A stretch of DNA of 64,000 nucleotides from a virus: IMG/VR virus record IMGVR_UViG_3300048910_000074. One strand, 5' to 3'. The notes under the pieces were generated by a model. The model ran no database searches, was not told the origin of the DNA, and saw only the letters and a list, made by a program, of their open reading frames with translations. Positions within the stretch are counted from its first letter, which is position 1, and each line of letters begins with the position of its first letter. Positions 1 to 9,562 of this stretch are shown here, in pieces. A program made the translations under genes and the position numbers.

Positions 1-266
1 TCGCGTGTATCAAATTCGCGACGAGGCTGATGCAGAAGCGTAAGAAGCTCAAGCGCACCCTGACCGCGCGTCAGATCAGTGCGCTACGGAGGGCCCTGGA
101 TGAACAGTCCAGGGCCGTCCTGCAACGAGATCAGGCACTACAAGATCGCGACGCCCGGCGTCGCAGGAGGAGCTGGGTTGTACCACGACCTGAAGGGTGA
201 GGACCTGTAGTTTCGCCTGTGCCCTTGGTGAGGTGCGCCCCGTCCTGGAGACCAGGAAGGAAGGCC

Positions 267-767
267 ATGTTGCCCGAATCGCAGAGATCACGACTGATCG
301 GTAAGGAACGCCGTCAGCTGCGTGTTTCGATGAAGGCCCGAAGCTACACGCAGCCCACCAAGATGCATCCGGAAAAGACCAAGAGAAAGTGCGGAGCAAC
401 TGGCAAGATCAAGTGGCTGACCGAGTTGGATGCCAAGATCGCGATCGGCAATCGGGACGTCGCACGAGGTTCCAACTGCATGCGCAACGGCCACAGCGAG
501 CATGAGGTCCGCGTCTACCAGTGCCCCGAGTGCGACCACTGGCACACCACCCACCTACGCGAATACAGGGAGCCCCGTGAACAGCCCATCCCCATCAAGC
601 GAGCCAAGCCCAAGGGGCCACACCCAGCCCACAAGGCCGTTCCGTGTGGAACGGTGGCGGGCTGTTCTGAGGTACCGGGGCATCTACGAAGTGTCCACTC
701 GGGGGAGGGTGAAGTCTCTTGCCAGGGTTACCACGGGAAAGAACGGGACGCCCAGAAGGCTTCCTGA
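267..767 (+). CDS. Hypothetical protein with Cys/His zinc-binding motif
   Basis: RBS-like GGAAGGAAGG then ATG at 267; motif RVYQCPECDHWHTTH; 3' end overlaps the following HNH gene by ~120 nt. Confidence 0.65.
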   Translation: MLPESQRSRLIGKERRQLRVSMKARSYTQPTKMHPEKTKRKCGATGKIKWLTELDAKIAIGNRDVARGSNCMRNGHSEHEVRVYQCPECDHWHTTHLREYREPREQPIPIKRAKPKGPHPAHKAVPCGTVAGCSEVPGHLRSVHSGEGEVSCQGYHGKERDAQKAS

Positions 768-1113
768 GCGCATCCTGAAGGGCAACTCGTCCGGGTCTAA
801 CGGCTACGTCAGCGTCCGTCTCACGGACACGGATGGCGGATCGAAGGCCTGGCATGTGAATGTGCTGGTTTTGGAGGCTTTCGTGGGGCCTCGTCCGGAT
901 GGCTTGCAGTCCCTACACCGAGATGACATTCGCACCAATAACGACCTGAGCAACCTGTACTGGGGGACCTTCGAGGATAACGCCGCTGACAAGATGAAGA
1001 ATGGTCGAAACGGCAACGCGAATAAGACCCGGTGCCCACGTGGGCACGAGTACACCGAGGCAAACACGAGGGTTTACAAAGGGAAGAGGAACTGCCGTGC
1101 CTGCTGGGGATGA
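646..1113 (+). CDS. NUMOD4-HNH homing endonuclease
   Basis: VERWRAV..YEVSTRGRVKS (NUMOD4-like), HVNVLVLEAFVGPRP..LHRDDIRTNNDLSNLYWGT (HNH), C-terminal KTRCPRGHEYT..CRAC; GTG start at 646 inferred. Confidence 0.85.
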   Translation: MERWRAVLRYRGIYEVSTRGRVKSLARVTTGKNGTPRRLPERILKGNSSGSNGYVSVRLTDTDGGSKAWHVNVLVLEAFVGPRPDGLQSLHRDDIRTNNDLSNLYWGTFEDNAADKMKNGRNGNANKTRCPRGHEYTEANTRVYKGKRNCRACWG

Positions 1114-1963
1114 TAGAAAATTTCGAATCGTCACCCATAAACGGTGGCTGGCAGACCGGTTTTCCTCACTTGGAGGTGTTCAAGATTGGGGGTGGGATAT
1201 CGACCCCAGCACCGCCATGGACACCGTGTGGTGGGCCCCAGGAGCCTGGGTGGCCAGTGCCGCCAAGGCGGGTGTGCGGCTGCCGCTGATGTCTTGCGGT
1301 CCTCGCTGGCTGGACGAGCTAGCGTACGGCTACAAGGGACGTGCTGTGGTCACCGCTGAGCTGCAGAGCATTCGGCACTGGGCATTCAAGCCTGAGGTGT
1401 TCCTCAAGCTCCCTGAGGCCAAGCTGGATGACTGCCCAGCCAAGGTCTACCGCACTGCCTATATGGCCGACACGCTCAAGCAGTTCAACCACTACCCGCC
1501 TGAGACCTTGGTGCAGATTCAGGACCCGATGGAGTTCGTCATCGAAGCACGCTTCTGGGTGGCGCACAGGGAGATCGTCGCCGAGAGCCTGTACAAGATC
1601 GGTGACATGATCTGGGGCTACGAGACGTTCGACAGCAAGGCCGAACACCTCATGAGCAAGCGCATCTATCGACGCATGCGCGAGCTGGCTGAGGAGATTG
1701 TCAGACATGCGGCAACCCCGCCCGGCTACACCCTGGACATCGGGTGGACCAGAGACGGCCCGTTCGTCGTGGAAGCCAACGCCGCGTGGTCGTCAGGGCC
1801 GTACAATGCCGACCCCGAAGGCATCTTCAGGGCCATCGTGGCCAGCCACGACTTCGAGGGCAAATACTCACTCTGGGCGTGGCGACACAATCCCGTGTTC
1901 GATAAACGTGCAACCGCTCAAGACACCCCTAGGCGAGCCATGTTTCAACTGCGGTCGGCGTGA
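1001..1963 (+). CDS. ATP-grasp domain protein (DUF4343/R2K-like)
   Basis: VFLKLPEAK, EARFWV, YTLDIG..PFVVEANAAWSSGPY motifs; true start uncertain and may be downstream. Confidence 0.7.
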   Translation: MVETATRIRPGAHVGTSTPRQTRGFTKGRGTAVPAGDDRKFRIVTHKRWLADRFSSLGGVQDWGWDIDPSTAMDTVWWAPGAWVASAAKAGVRLPLMSCGPRWLDELAYGYKGRAVVTAELQSIRHWAFKPEVFLKLPEAKLDDCPAKVYRTAYMADTLKQFNHYPPETLVQIQDPMEFVIEARFWVAHREIVAESLYKIGDMIWGYETFDSKAEHLMSKRIYRRMRELAEEIVRHAATPPGYTLDIGWTRDGPFVVEANAAWSSGPYNADPEGIFRAIVASHDFEGKYSLWAWRHNPVFDKRATAQDTPRRAMFQLRSA

Positions 1964-1984
1964 CCGCGACAAGACGAAAGAGAA

Positions 1985-2773
1985 GTGCTACCTGTGCTGA
2001 CTGAACCGTCCAAGATTGCCGTCATCGGAGACTGGCATGGAAATACCCGCTGGGCCTGCAATGCCCTGAAGTACGCCAAGGACAACGGCGCAGACGCCGT
2101 GCTGCAGGTCGGCGACTTCGGCTTCTGGCGTCCCGACGACCCAGACACGCAGCCCCACCTGGACGCCATCTCTGAGGCTGCCAAGGCTGTCGACATCGAC
2201 GTCCTCTGGCTGCCGGGCAACCATGAGTACTGGCCAGGCCTGCCGCATGATCCGGGCATGCTCCCCGGTCGGGGCAAGAAGCCATCGTTGATCAACGGCA
2301 ATTTGCTCTACTTGCCACCGGGCTACCGCTGGTCGTGGTGGGGCAAGAACTTCATGGCCGTCGGTGGTGCGTTCTCTATCGATCGCTTCATGCGCACCGA
2401 GGGCAAGGGTTACTGGCTGGAGGAGACGCTCACCGATGAGGATGTCGAGTACGCCAGCCGTGAGCCTCATGGGCTGGACGTCATCTTCAGCCATGACTGC
2501 CCCAAGGGTGTGGACATCCCTGGCATCGGACCGGACTCCAAGCCGCGTGGTGGTGCCTCTCTGTGGCCTCCCCTGATGCTGCTGCAGGCTGAGGAGCATC
2601 GGCAGCGCATGAAGGACATCTGGGACGTCCACAAGCCTCAGCGCTGGATTCATGGTCACTACCATGTGTACCATGAGACTTGGTATGGACCCACCATATT
2701 CACCGGGTTGGATATGGATGGAACCACTCCTGAAACGAACATCATGTTTCTAGGACCAGGTGATTTGAAGTGA
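1985..2773 (+). CDS. Calcineurin-like metallophosphoesterase
   Basis: GDWHGN, GDFG, GNHE, SHDCP, HGHYH motifs in canonical order. Confidence 0.9.
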   Translation: MLPVLTEPSKIAVIGDWHGNTRWACNALKYAKDNGADAVLQVGDFGFWRPDDPDTQPHLDAISEAAKAVDIDVLWLPGNHEYWPGLPHDPGMLPGRGKKPSLINGNLLYLPPGYRWSWWGKNFMAVGGAFSIDRFMRTEGKGYWLEETLTDEDVEYASREPHGLDVIFSHDCPKGVDIPGIGPDSKPRGGASLWPPLMLLQAEEHRQRMKDIWDVHKPQRWIHGHYHVYHETWYGPTIFTGLDMDGTTPETNIMFLGPGDLK

Positions 2774-3234
2774 CTCGTTGGGTGGTTGTGACTCGTGACG
2801 ATCGTTATCTCGTTTCCGATGAGGGCGAAGTCAAGAATGCTGAGACCGGTCGCGTGCTCTCGCAATCACCTAACGTCCAGTCCGGTCATATGCGTGTGAT
2901 GATGGGCAATAGGACCACCAACGTGCACGTCATCGTGCTGGAGTCCTTCGTCGGGCCGTGTCCTGAGGGCATGGAGACGCGGCACCTGGATGATGATCCA
3001 TCCAACAACCACCTGAGCAACCTGTGCTGGGGAACTCGCGGCCAGAATGTGCGCGACCGAGTGCGGAACGGCATCCACAACAACACTCGGAAGACTCACT
3101 GCCCCCGCAACCACGAGTACACCGAGGACAACACCATTCGAAGCAAGAATGATTGTGGTGGTCAGAGTCGCAGATGCAGAAAATGCCACAACGATCAGCG
3201 TCGAGCGCGCCGTCACGCTGGAAGTAAGAACTAG
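2770..3234 (+). CDS. NUMOD4-like HNH homing endonuclease (paralog of 646-1113)
   Basis: YLVSDEGEVKN, VHVIVLESFVGPCP..TRHLDDDPSNNHLSNLCWGT, KTHCPRNHEYT..CRKC. Confidence 0.88.
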   Translation: MTRWVVVTRDDRYLVSDEGEVKNAETGRVLSQSPNVQSGHMRVMMGNRTTNVHVIVLESFVGPCPEGMETRHLDDDPSNNHLSNLCWGTRGQNVRDRVRNGIHNNTRKTHCPRNHEYTEDNTIRSKNDCGGQSRRCRKCHNDQRRARRHAGSKN

Positions 3235-3241
3235 ACACCAA

Positions 3242-3261
3242 CCCTGTAGAAAAGGTATAGT
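3242..3261 (+). promoter_or_regulatory. Class A promoter: CCCTGTAGAA-N4-TAYAGT. Copies at 3242, 4979, 8589, 24857, 38649, 48440; related CCCTGTAG-TARAA variants near 15430, 26802, 37291; CCCTGTAG also near 55600 and 57688
   Basis: Repeated intergenic motif at a fixed distance from a TATAGT/TACAGT -10 box, upstream of genes. Confidence 0.75.
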
Positions 3262-3268
3262 AACTATC

Positions 3269-3787
3269 ATGAAAATGAGGGCGATGAAGACTGCCGCCAT
3301 CGTTGATATGGATGGCACCATGGCCAACGTCTCGGGCATCCGCCACATGGTGGACGGCATCAAGCAGAAGAAGGACTTCCACGCATTTCACCGCGCGTCG
3401 GAGTTCGTACCGGCCAACAAGCAGGCCATTGACTTCTGTCGACGGCACCACAAGGCCGGTAACGCCATCCTGGTGGTGACTGCCCGCATGCTGATGTGGA
3501 AGCCCAACACCACGCGCTTCTACGAGCGTGAGTTGGTTCAGGCTCATGGCGTGCCTGTGGCCGAGGACTTCTACAGGCCTGACGGTGATTACCGACCCGA
3601 CTACGAGATCAAGAAGGAGATTCTGGCTCAGATTCGGGAGCGGTACCACGTTGTCGCCGCATGCGATGACAACCCCAACGTCATCAAGCTGTGGAGGGAG
3701 GAGGGCATCCCCGAGATCGAAGAGGTGCCCGGCTGGGATCACGAGTCGGCAGCCAAGTACGCCGCCATTGCGAGCAAGCACCGATGA
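3269..3787 (+). CDS. HAD-family phosphatase resembling the polynucleotide kinase/phosphatase 3'-phosphatase domain
   Basis: IVDMDGTMA (DxDGT), VVTAR, RPDGDYRPDYEIK, CDDNPNV motifs; ATG 8 nt after a TATAGT -10 box. Confidence 0.85.
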   Translation: MKMRAMKTAAIVDMDGTMANVSGIRHMVDGIKQKKDFHAFHRASEFVPANKQAIDFCRRHHKAGNAILVVTARMLMWKPNTTRFYERELVQAHGVPVAEDFYRPDGDYRPDYEIKKEILAQIRERYHVVAACDDNPNVIKLWREEGIPEIEEVPGWDHESAAKYAAIASKHR

Positions 3788-4152
3788 GCGCCCTTGAGTG
3801 GTTCCTGTTCATTGCGCTGCTCTTCTCTGTGTTCCTCGGCATCTCGCTGGGGTACCGCCAACGCAAGCATCGTCACACTTGGACCACGTGGTCTCGGGTG
3901 TGGGATGACGAGAAGTCGGAACTTACCCAAGATCAGGAACGAGTGTGCACGGGGTGCGGCCTGCGCGAGTTCGAGGCCTACATCGATCCATCAAGCCTTG
4001 CTCCAAAGATGTGCCGACCCGAGGTTGGCAGCTCCGAACACGATTGGGGTAGGTGGCAGCCACAGAGGTACAGGTACCCCGGTGGTCGAGTTGTCGACGG
4101 CCAGAAGCGCACATGCCGCGTCTGCGGACTAGATGAGGATAAGCACTCATGA
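3784..4152 (+). CDS. Hypothetical protein with N-terminal TM helix and two CxxC motifs
   Basis: Overlapping ATGA start; hydrophobic N-terminus; CTGC and CRVC. Confidence 0.6.
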   Translation: MSALEWFLFIALLFSVFLGISLGYRQRKHRHTWTTWSRVWDDEKSELTQDQERVCTGCGLREFEAYIDPSSLAPKMCRPEVGSSEHDWGRWQPQRYRYPGGRVVDGQKRTCRVCGLDEDKHS

Positions 4153-4985
4153 CCGCCTACCTGACCATCGAGACCGAGAACCGTGTGCCAGGTCTGCAGC
4201 CTGAGGTGTTCCAGTTCCCTGGTGGGGAGTGGCACCTGCGCAACATCCCCGAGTACGACGGCGAGTGGGGCCTCAATCCTGTCTATGTCGCTGATGTGCG
4301 TGGTGCCGACCCCAACGACTTGATCAAGGCGGCACTGTGGGCCGACGTCGCACGTGCCAACGCTGCCAGGTTCGTGCTAATGATGCCCTACCTGCCTGCA
4401 GCACGTGCTGATCGTGGTGAACCACTGGGAGCATCTGTGTACGCCAGGATGATGCGAGCTTTGCAGCCCGATTGCACTCTCACCCTGGACCCACACAGTG
4501 AAGTCATGCCACGCCTGATTCATAATTTGCGCATCGTGGATCACGACACTCTGATCGCACAGGCGTTCGATGGCATTCACATCGACGCGTTGATCTGTCC
4601 GGATGAGGGTGCCAAGGCGCGCGTGGAGAGCACAGCGCAGCTGCTGGGCCTGGATGTGCACTACGCCAGCAAGAAGCGTGACTTCGAGACCGGCAAGCTC
4701 AGCGGCTTCGCGGCTCCCGACACGCTGCCCAGGAAGGGCCGCTATCTGGTGGTGGATGACATCTGTGACGGTGGTGGCACCTTCATGGGTCTGGCCGAGG
4801 CACTGGGCTTGCATCGTGATCAGCTGGCCCTGTGGGTCACTCACGGCATCTTCAGTGGCAAGGCTGACCAGCTGCGCCAGGCCTACCGGTGGATCGCCAC
4901 CACGAGCAGTCATCCCGGCAGCAGCCGACCCGAGGTCGCAACACACGTTGTTCAGGTGTTCGATCACCTCAAGGAATACCTGTAG
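4149..4985 (+). CDS. Ribose-phosphate pyrophosphokinase-like protein (candidate NARP1 Adps)
   Basis: FQFPGGE, YLPAARADR, LDPHS, PDEGA, LVVDDICDGGGTF PRTase motifs; upstream of a Nampt-like gene. Confidence 0.88.
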   Translation: MTAYLTIETENRVPGLQPEVFQFPGGEWHLRNIPEYDGEWGLNPVYVADVRGADPNDLIKAALWADVARANAARFVLMMPYLPAARADRGEPLGASVYARMMRALQPDCTLTLDPHSEVMPRLIHNLRIVDHDTLIAQAFDGIHIDALICPDEGAKARVESTAQLLGLDVHYASKKRDFETGKLSGFAAPDTLPRKGRYLVVDDICDGGGTFMGLAEALGLHRDQLALWVTHGIFSGKADQLRQAYRWIATTSSHPGSSRPEVATHVVQVFDHLKEYL

Positions 4986-5030
4986 AACTGGTATAGTAGT
5001 TTTTGTCTCACCCACGAAAGGAATGGCCCC

Positions 5031-5315
5031 ATGGCCAACTACACGCTCCTCGCGCATTCGCGCTTGGGAGATCGCGCTTTGCTCTCTCATGAGCAGGACC
5101 CCGCGCATGCCTACTGGTACAACTTCGGCCTCGGTCTGACCAGCGTCACTACCTACAAGCTCGCAGGTGATCCGGCCAACGAGTACACCGGGCCCGACTG
5201 GGTCACCCAGTTCCCCGAGGCGGACATCGCCGAGGATGCCGCGTGCCCGGAGTTCGACACCATCGAGCTGGTTCGCCACTACATCGACACCCACGAAAGG
5301 GTAACCCCAGCATGA
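5031..5315 (+). CDS. Hypothetical protein
   Basis: ATG after GAAAGGAA RBS and a repeated promoter motif; stop overlaps next start. Confidence 0.7.
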   Translation: MANYTLLAHSRLGDRALLSHEQDPAHAYWYNFGLGLTSVTTYKLAGDPANEYTGPDWVTQFPEADIAEDAACPEFDTIELVRHYIDTHERVTPA

Positions 5316-6820
5316 GCGACGCCACTGCAATCCTCTTCGAGGTGGACGCCTACAAGCTCGACCACCGACGGCAGTATGAACTGTCCGGCAACGTTAGCCG
5401 GGTGTACTCGAACTACACCAACCGCAAGAGCCGCGTGAAGGGCATGGATCACGTCGTGCACTTCGGTCTTCAGGCCTATCTGGACCACCTGCACGAGGGG
5501 TTCGAGCACTTCTTCGGCAATCTGCAGAGCACTGTGGTGGGTGAGTACGCCTACCGGCTCGAACGTGTTCTCGGTGCTGACGCAGCACGGGCGATCGGCA
5601 CTGATCACATCGCCGCGCTGCATGACCTGCAGTACGTGCCGCTGAAGTTCAGCGCTGTACCGGAGGGCACCCTGGTGCCTATCCGCATCCCCAGCGTCAC
5701 GGTGGAGAACACCGTGGACGAGTTCTACTGGCTCACCAACTACATCGAGACCGCGCTGAGCGCCAGCCTGTGGATGCCCAGCACCTCGGCCACCATCGCC
5801 CACGCCTATCGTGTGCTGCTCGATGACCGTGCGTTCCTCACGGGCGCTGACAGCACCGCTGTGGACTTCCAGCTGCACGACTTCAGCTACCGAGGCATGA
5901 GCAGCAACGAGAGCGCTGCTGCCTCGGCTGCTGCACACCTGCTGAGCTTCAAGGGCTCGGACTCGCTGGTGGCCATGGAGTGGATCGAAAAGCACTACGG
6001 CGGTGCCTACGATCTGCTCAGTGTCGCGGCTACCGAGCACAGCGTCATGAGCACTGGCATCATGAGCAATCCACACACGTTCAACCTGAACCGCGCCGAG
6101 TCCGAGAAGGAGGTGTTCAGCAAACTCCTGGACTTGTATCCCACTGGCATTCTCAGCGTGGTGTCTGATACGTTCGATCTCTGGAACGTGCTACGCACTA
6201 TCCTGCCTGACCTGCGAGAAAAGGTGATGCAGCGTGATGGGAAACTGGTCATCAGGCCCGATTCGGGAGACCCGGTGAAGATCATCTGTGGCAACCCCGC
6301 AGGCCGCACTGTCGATGAGCAGCGCGGCGTGATCGAACTGCTCTGGGACACCTTCGGCGGCACGATCAACGGTGAGGGTTACCGGGAGCTGGACACGCAC
6401 ATCGGGGCCATCTACGGCGACAGCATCACCCTGGCGCGCGCCGACGAGATCACCGCGAATCTGGAGAAGATGGGCTTCGCGTCCACCAACGTCGTGTTCG
6501 GTGTCGGCAGCTTCACCTACCAGTACAACACTCGTGACACTTTCGGCAGCGCCATGAAAGCCACGTGGGCCAAGGTCGACGGCAAGGGTGTGAACCTGTT
6601 CAAGGACCCCATCACCGACGACGGCACCAAGAAGAGCGCTACGGGGCGGTTGGCTGTTCTCGGCGGAGGCGACGAGGAGTTCTACCTCGTGGAGAACGCC
6701 GACGAGCAGGCCGAGCTGGCCAGTGCGCTGCAGCCGGTGTGGATCGACGGCGAGTTCGTCAAACACCAGAGCTTCGCCGACGTGCGCGAGACCCTGGCCA
6801 AGGGACGGGCGCGCGTCTGA
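5312..6820 (+). CDS. Nicotinamide phosphoribosyltransferase family protein (candidate NARP1 Namat)
   Basis: DAYKLDH, HDFSYRG, AATEHSVM, SVVSDTFD, VIRPDSGDP, IYGDSIT, FGVGSFTYQ, KDPITDDGTKKSATG motifs. Confidence 0.92.
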   Translation: MSDATAILFEVDAYKLDHRRQYELSGNVSRVYSNYTNRKSRVKGMDHVVHFGLQAYLDHLHEGFEHFFGNLQSTVVGEYAYRLERVLGADAARAIGTDHIAALHDLQYVPLKFSAVPEGTLVPIRIPSVTVENTVDEFYWLTNYIETALSASLWMPSTSATIAHAYRVLLDDRAFLTGADSTAVDFQLHDFSYRGMSSNESAAASAAAHLLSFKGSDSLVAMEWIEKHYGGAYDLLSVAATEHSVMSTGIMSNPHTFNLNRAESEKEVFSKLLDLYPTGILSVVSDTFDLWNVLRTILPDLREKVMQRDGKLVIRPDSGDPVKIICGNPAGRTVDEQRGVIELLWDTFGGTINGEGYRELDTHIGAIYGDSITLARADEITANLEKMGFASTNVVFGVGSFTYQYNTRDTFGSAMKATWAKVDGKGVNLFKDPITDDGTKKSATGRLAVLGGGDEEFYLVENADEQAELASALQPVWIDGEFVKHQSFADVRETLAKGRARV

Positions 6821-6983
6821 TGGCATCGCTGATGGGTTATGACATGGATCGGATCAGCAAGCCGATCACCAGTGCTATCAACTCGTTCACCACCGCTTAC
6901 CGTGAGCGCACCGAGGTCGTGGCTAAGCAGGCCGACGCGCTCTCGCGTCTGGCTGATGTCGCTGAAGGGAAGGTTTTCGTCTC

Positions 6984-7728
6984 GTGAGTCTGGTACTCAA
7001 GTCTGTGCGGCCCCCACGCCGCCGCTGGTGGGACAACGGCATGAACATCCTGTTCCTGGTGGTGCTCACCTACGGTCTGGTGCTGGTGGCTATGTCCACC
7101 GAGGGCCCTATTTTCAACGCGGTGCAGGCATATCGCGGCATGATCTTCATCGTGCTGGCTACCATGCTCTCGGTGCTCAATGCACTGTGGAGCATCCGCC
7201 GCGCCATCACCCGTGATCGCATCATCGAAGGTGACATCTTGGCGCACATCAGCACCGTCACCGCACCCGACCCCGTGGAGGACAAGTCATGAGCAACCGA
7301 GGCACGGGCATCCTGGGCACTGTTCAGGTTGTGCTGATCATCGCCAAGTTCATCGACGCGCCGTGGAACACGGCCTATCACATCCCGTGGGTGTGGGTGT
7401 TCACTCCGGTCTACATCACCATCGCCATCGTGGTGCTGGCCATGGTCGTTGCTGTGCTGGCCGCGATCTCATCGGAAGGCAAGTAGCCATGACCATGCGC
7501 CCGGCTCCACGCATGAGCGAGAAGGACGTCAGCGCCCTGTTCGCCCTTGGCGCGTTCTTCATCGGTGCCCTGCGTCTGCTCTTCATCGCTTTGGTGGTGC
7601 TGGGCGTGATCTGGACCGGTCGCGAGGTTGCTCCTGGGCACCTGTTCGACATTCACAACTTCTGCCAGGGCGCATGGGTGTTGACTGTGGGCCTGATTCT
7701 TGTGCACTTCACCGAGGAGTGGGGCTGA
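6984..7728 (+). CDS. Run of three small membrane proteins (6984-7292, 7289-7486, ~7489-7728)
   Basis: Coupled starts and stops; each ORF has two hydrophobic segments. Confidence 0.6.
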
Positions 7729-7775
7729 GGTGAAGTCCGATGGATGTGATGTTCTGGCGGGAAGGGATGGGTCAC

Positions 7776-8588
7776 ATGACACCTGAAGAGGCTTACGCAC
7801 GCCAGCACACCGTGCTGCTGGTACGCACCGGCAGCCAGCTGTTCGGCACCAGCGTGTCCACCACCCCCGATGACGACGAGGTGGGTATCTTCGTGGAGGG
7901 ACAAGACAGCATGTTCAGCGCTGATTCGCTCTACAAGCGCCCCGATCAGGTCAGCTACCGCACCGCTCGTGGCCCTGACGGTATGGACGCGCGCAGCAGC
8001 GCCAACGACGTCGATGGTCAGCTCATCAGCCTGAATCACTTCATGCGTGAGACGGCCAAGGGCAACCCCAACACCATCACCCTGCTGTTCGCACCCAAGG
8101 ACAAGATTCTGGCCAAGGACTGCTGGGAGGTAGTGGGCAGCTTGCTCACCCCTCAGCACCGTGACCGTTTCATCTCCAAGGCCATGGGCACCCGCTATCT
8201 GAGGTATGTGCTCAATCAGCGCACCATGTACCTGGACAACCCCAAGGTCAAGCGGTCCGAGCTGGTGGCCCAGTACGGTTTCGACACCAAGGGTGCCTAC
8301 CATGCTCTGCGGGTAGCGCTGCAGGGTTATGAGCTGATGAGCACCGGCCACATCAGCCTTCCGATGACTACCACGTGCCGCACTTATCTGCTGGGGGTAC
8401 GCCGGGGTATGTACTCCAAGGCTGAGGTCTTCGAACACCTGCGCGAGCTGGAGAACAATCTGGCCCGTGCGATCGTGGAATCGGACTGGCCGGACGAACC
8501 CGACTATAGCCTGCTCACTAGGTGGAATTCAGACTTGCATGAGGTATACTGGGACTACCAGCAGGAATGCGGAAAGAGACTTTTCTAA
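7776..8588 (+). CDS. Pol-beta superfamily nucleotidyltransferase (RlaP/PF10127-like)
   Basis: GSQLFGTS..DDDEVGIF (GS..DxD), KGNPN, YDTKGAYHALR-like C-terminal helical motif. Confidence 0.8.
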   Translation: MTPEEAYARQHTVLLVRTGSQLFGTSVSTTPDDDEVGIFVEGQDSMFSADSLYKRPDQVSYRTARGPDGMDARSSANDVDGQLISLNHFMRETAKGNPNTITLLFAPKDKILAKDCWEVVGSLLTPQHRDRFISKAMGTRYLRYVLNQRTMYLDNPKVKRSELVAQYGFDTKGAYHALRVALQGYELMSTGHISLPMTTTCRTYLLGVRRGMYSKAEVFEHLRELENNLARAIVESDWPDEPDYSLLTRWNSDLHEVYWDYQQECGKRLF

Positions 8589-8648
8589 CCCTGTAGAAAG
8601 TGTATAGTCACTCCTATAGAACCCCTCAGAAAGCGGTATCCCACCCAT

Positions 8649-8897
8649 ATGGACCAGAACGAGAAGCCACACACACCCGCGTGGCACTACGCCGAGGCTG
8701 ATCGGCTGCTGCGACGTGCACAAGAGCTGTCGGAAAAGTACTCGAACACCAGCATCAAGTCCCTGGAGCTGAAGACAGACCTGCAGGGAATGGGCAGGCT
8801 ACTCACGGATCGTGCCCACGCTCACGCCGCACTGGCTCAGACCGACATCATGGTCTCTGAGCAGGCACGCACCTGGCATCGGAACAGGACCGACTGA
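8649..8897 (+). CDS. Hypothetical protein
   Basis: First ORF after the promoter motif at 8589; WHYAEADRLL. Confidence 0.6.
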   Translation: MDQNEKPHTPAWHYAEADRLLRRAQELSEKYSNTSIKSLELKTDLQGMGRLLTDRAHAHAALAQTDIMVSEQARTWHRNRTD

Positions 8898-8899
8898 TC

Positions 8900-9562
8900 A
8901 TGACCGTACTCACGGACGCACCAGGAACACCCGAGGCACAGCTGCTGGTCACGGACCTGCACAAGGTCCTGCACAACGCGCACCTGTTCGTACACAAGGG
9001 CGACGAGATTCCCAGCATTAACGGGGTGTATCTGGAGAGCACAGGCACACACCTGGTTGCCACCGGCACCGACCGCTTCATGCTGGGTGCATCAGCTGTG
9101 GCCTACGCCGATGAGAAGTGGACGACGCTGCTGCCGTTGGCCCACGTCACCACGCTGCTGGCGGTGCTCAAGGCCAGCTCACATCGCGCAGGTCCCTGGA
9201 AGAGCGCCACGGTGAAGCTGTCCCCGGAGGGTTATCGGCTCAAGGTCGCTGTCCCCACCGATGACATCAAGTTCTCGTTTCCCACGGCCCGCCGTCATGA
9301 CGACAAGATCGAGTTCCCGCTGTGGAAGCAGCTGCTCAAGGAACCCACCGAGCCTATCACCGACACCACGCGCAAGATGTGTGTGGACGCCCAGAAGCTG
9401 GCCAAGTTCTCCAGGGTGAAGGCTGACCGTCACGTCATGGAGATCACCGTGCGCAACCCGAACAAGTCGATGCGCGTGCGGATGGGTTCGGACTTCATTG
9501 GGCTCATCATGCCTATCCGCATCACCTCTATTGAGGACTGGAAGGAACCGACATGGCTCTGA
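8900..9562 (+). CDS. DNA polymerase III beta-clamp-like protein (partial, ~220 aa)
   Basis: PSINGVYLE..LVATGTDRFML and EFPLWKQLL..GLIMPIR resemble DnaN domain II/III motifs. Confidence 0.65.
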   Translation: MTVLTDAPGTPEAQLLVTDLHKVLHNAHLFVHKGDEIPSINGVYLESTGTHLVATGTDRFMLGASAVAYADEKWTTLLPLAHVTTLLAVLKASSHRAGPWKSATVKLSPEGYRLKVAVPTDDIKFSFPTARRHDDKIEFPLWKQLLKEPTEPITDTTRKMCVDAQKLAKFSRVKADRHVMEITVRNPNKSMRVRMGSDFIGLIMPIRITSIEDWKEPTWL

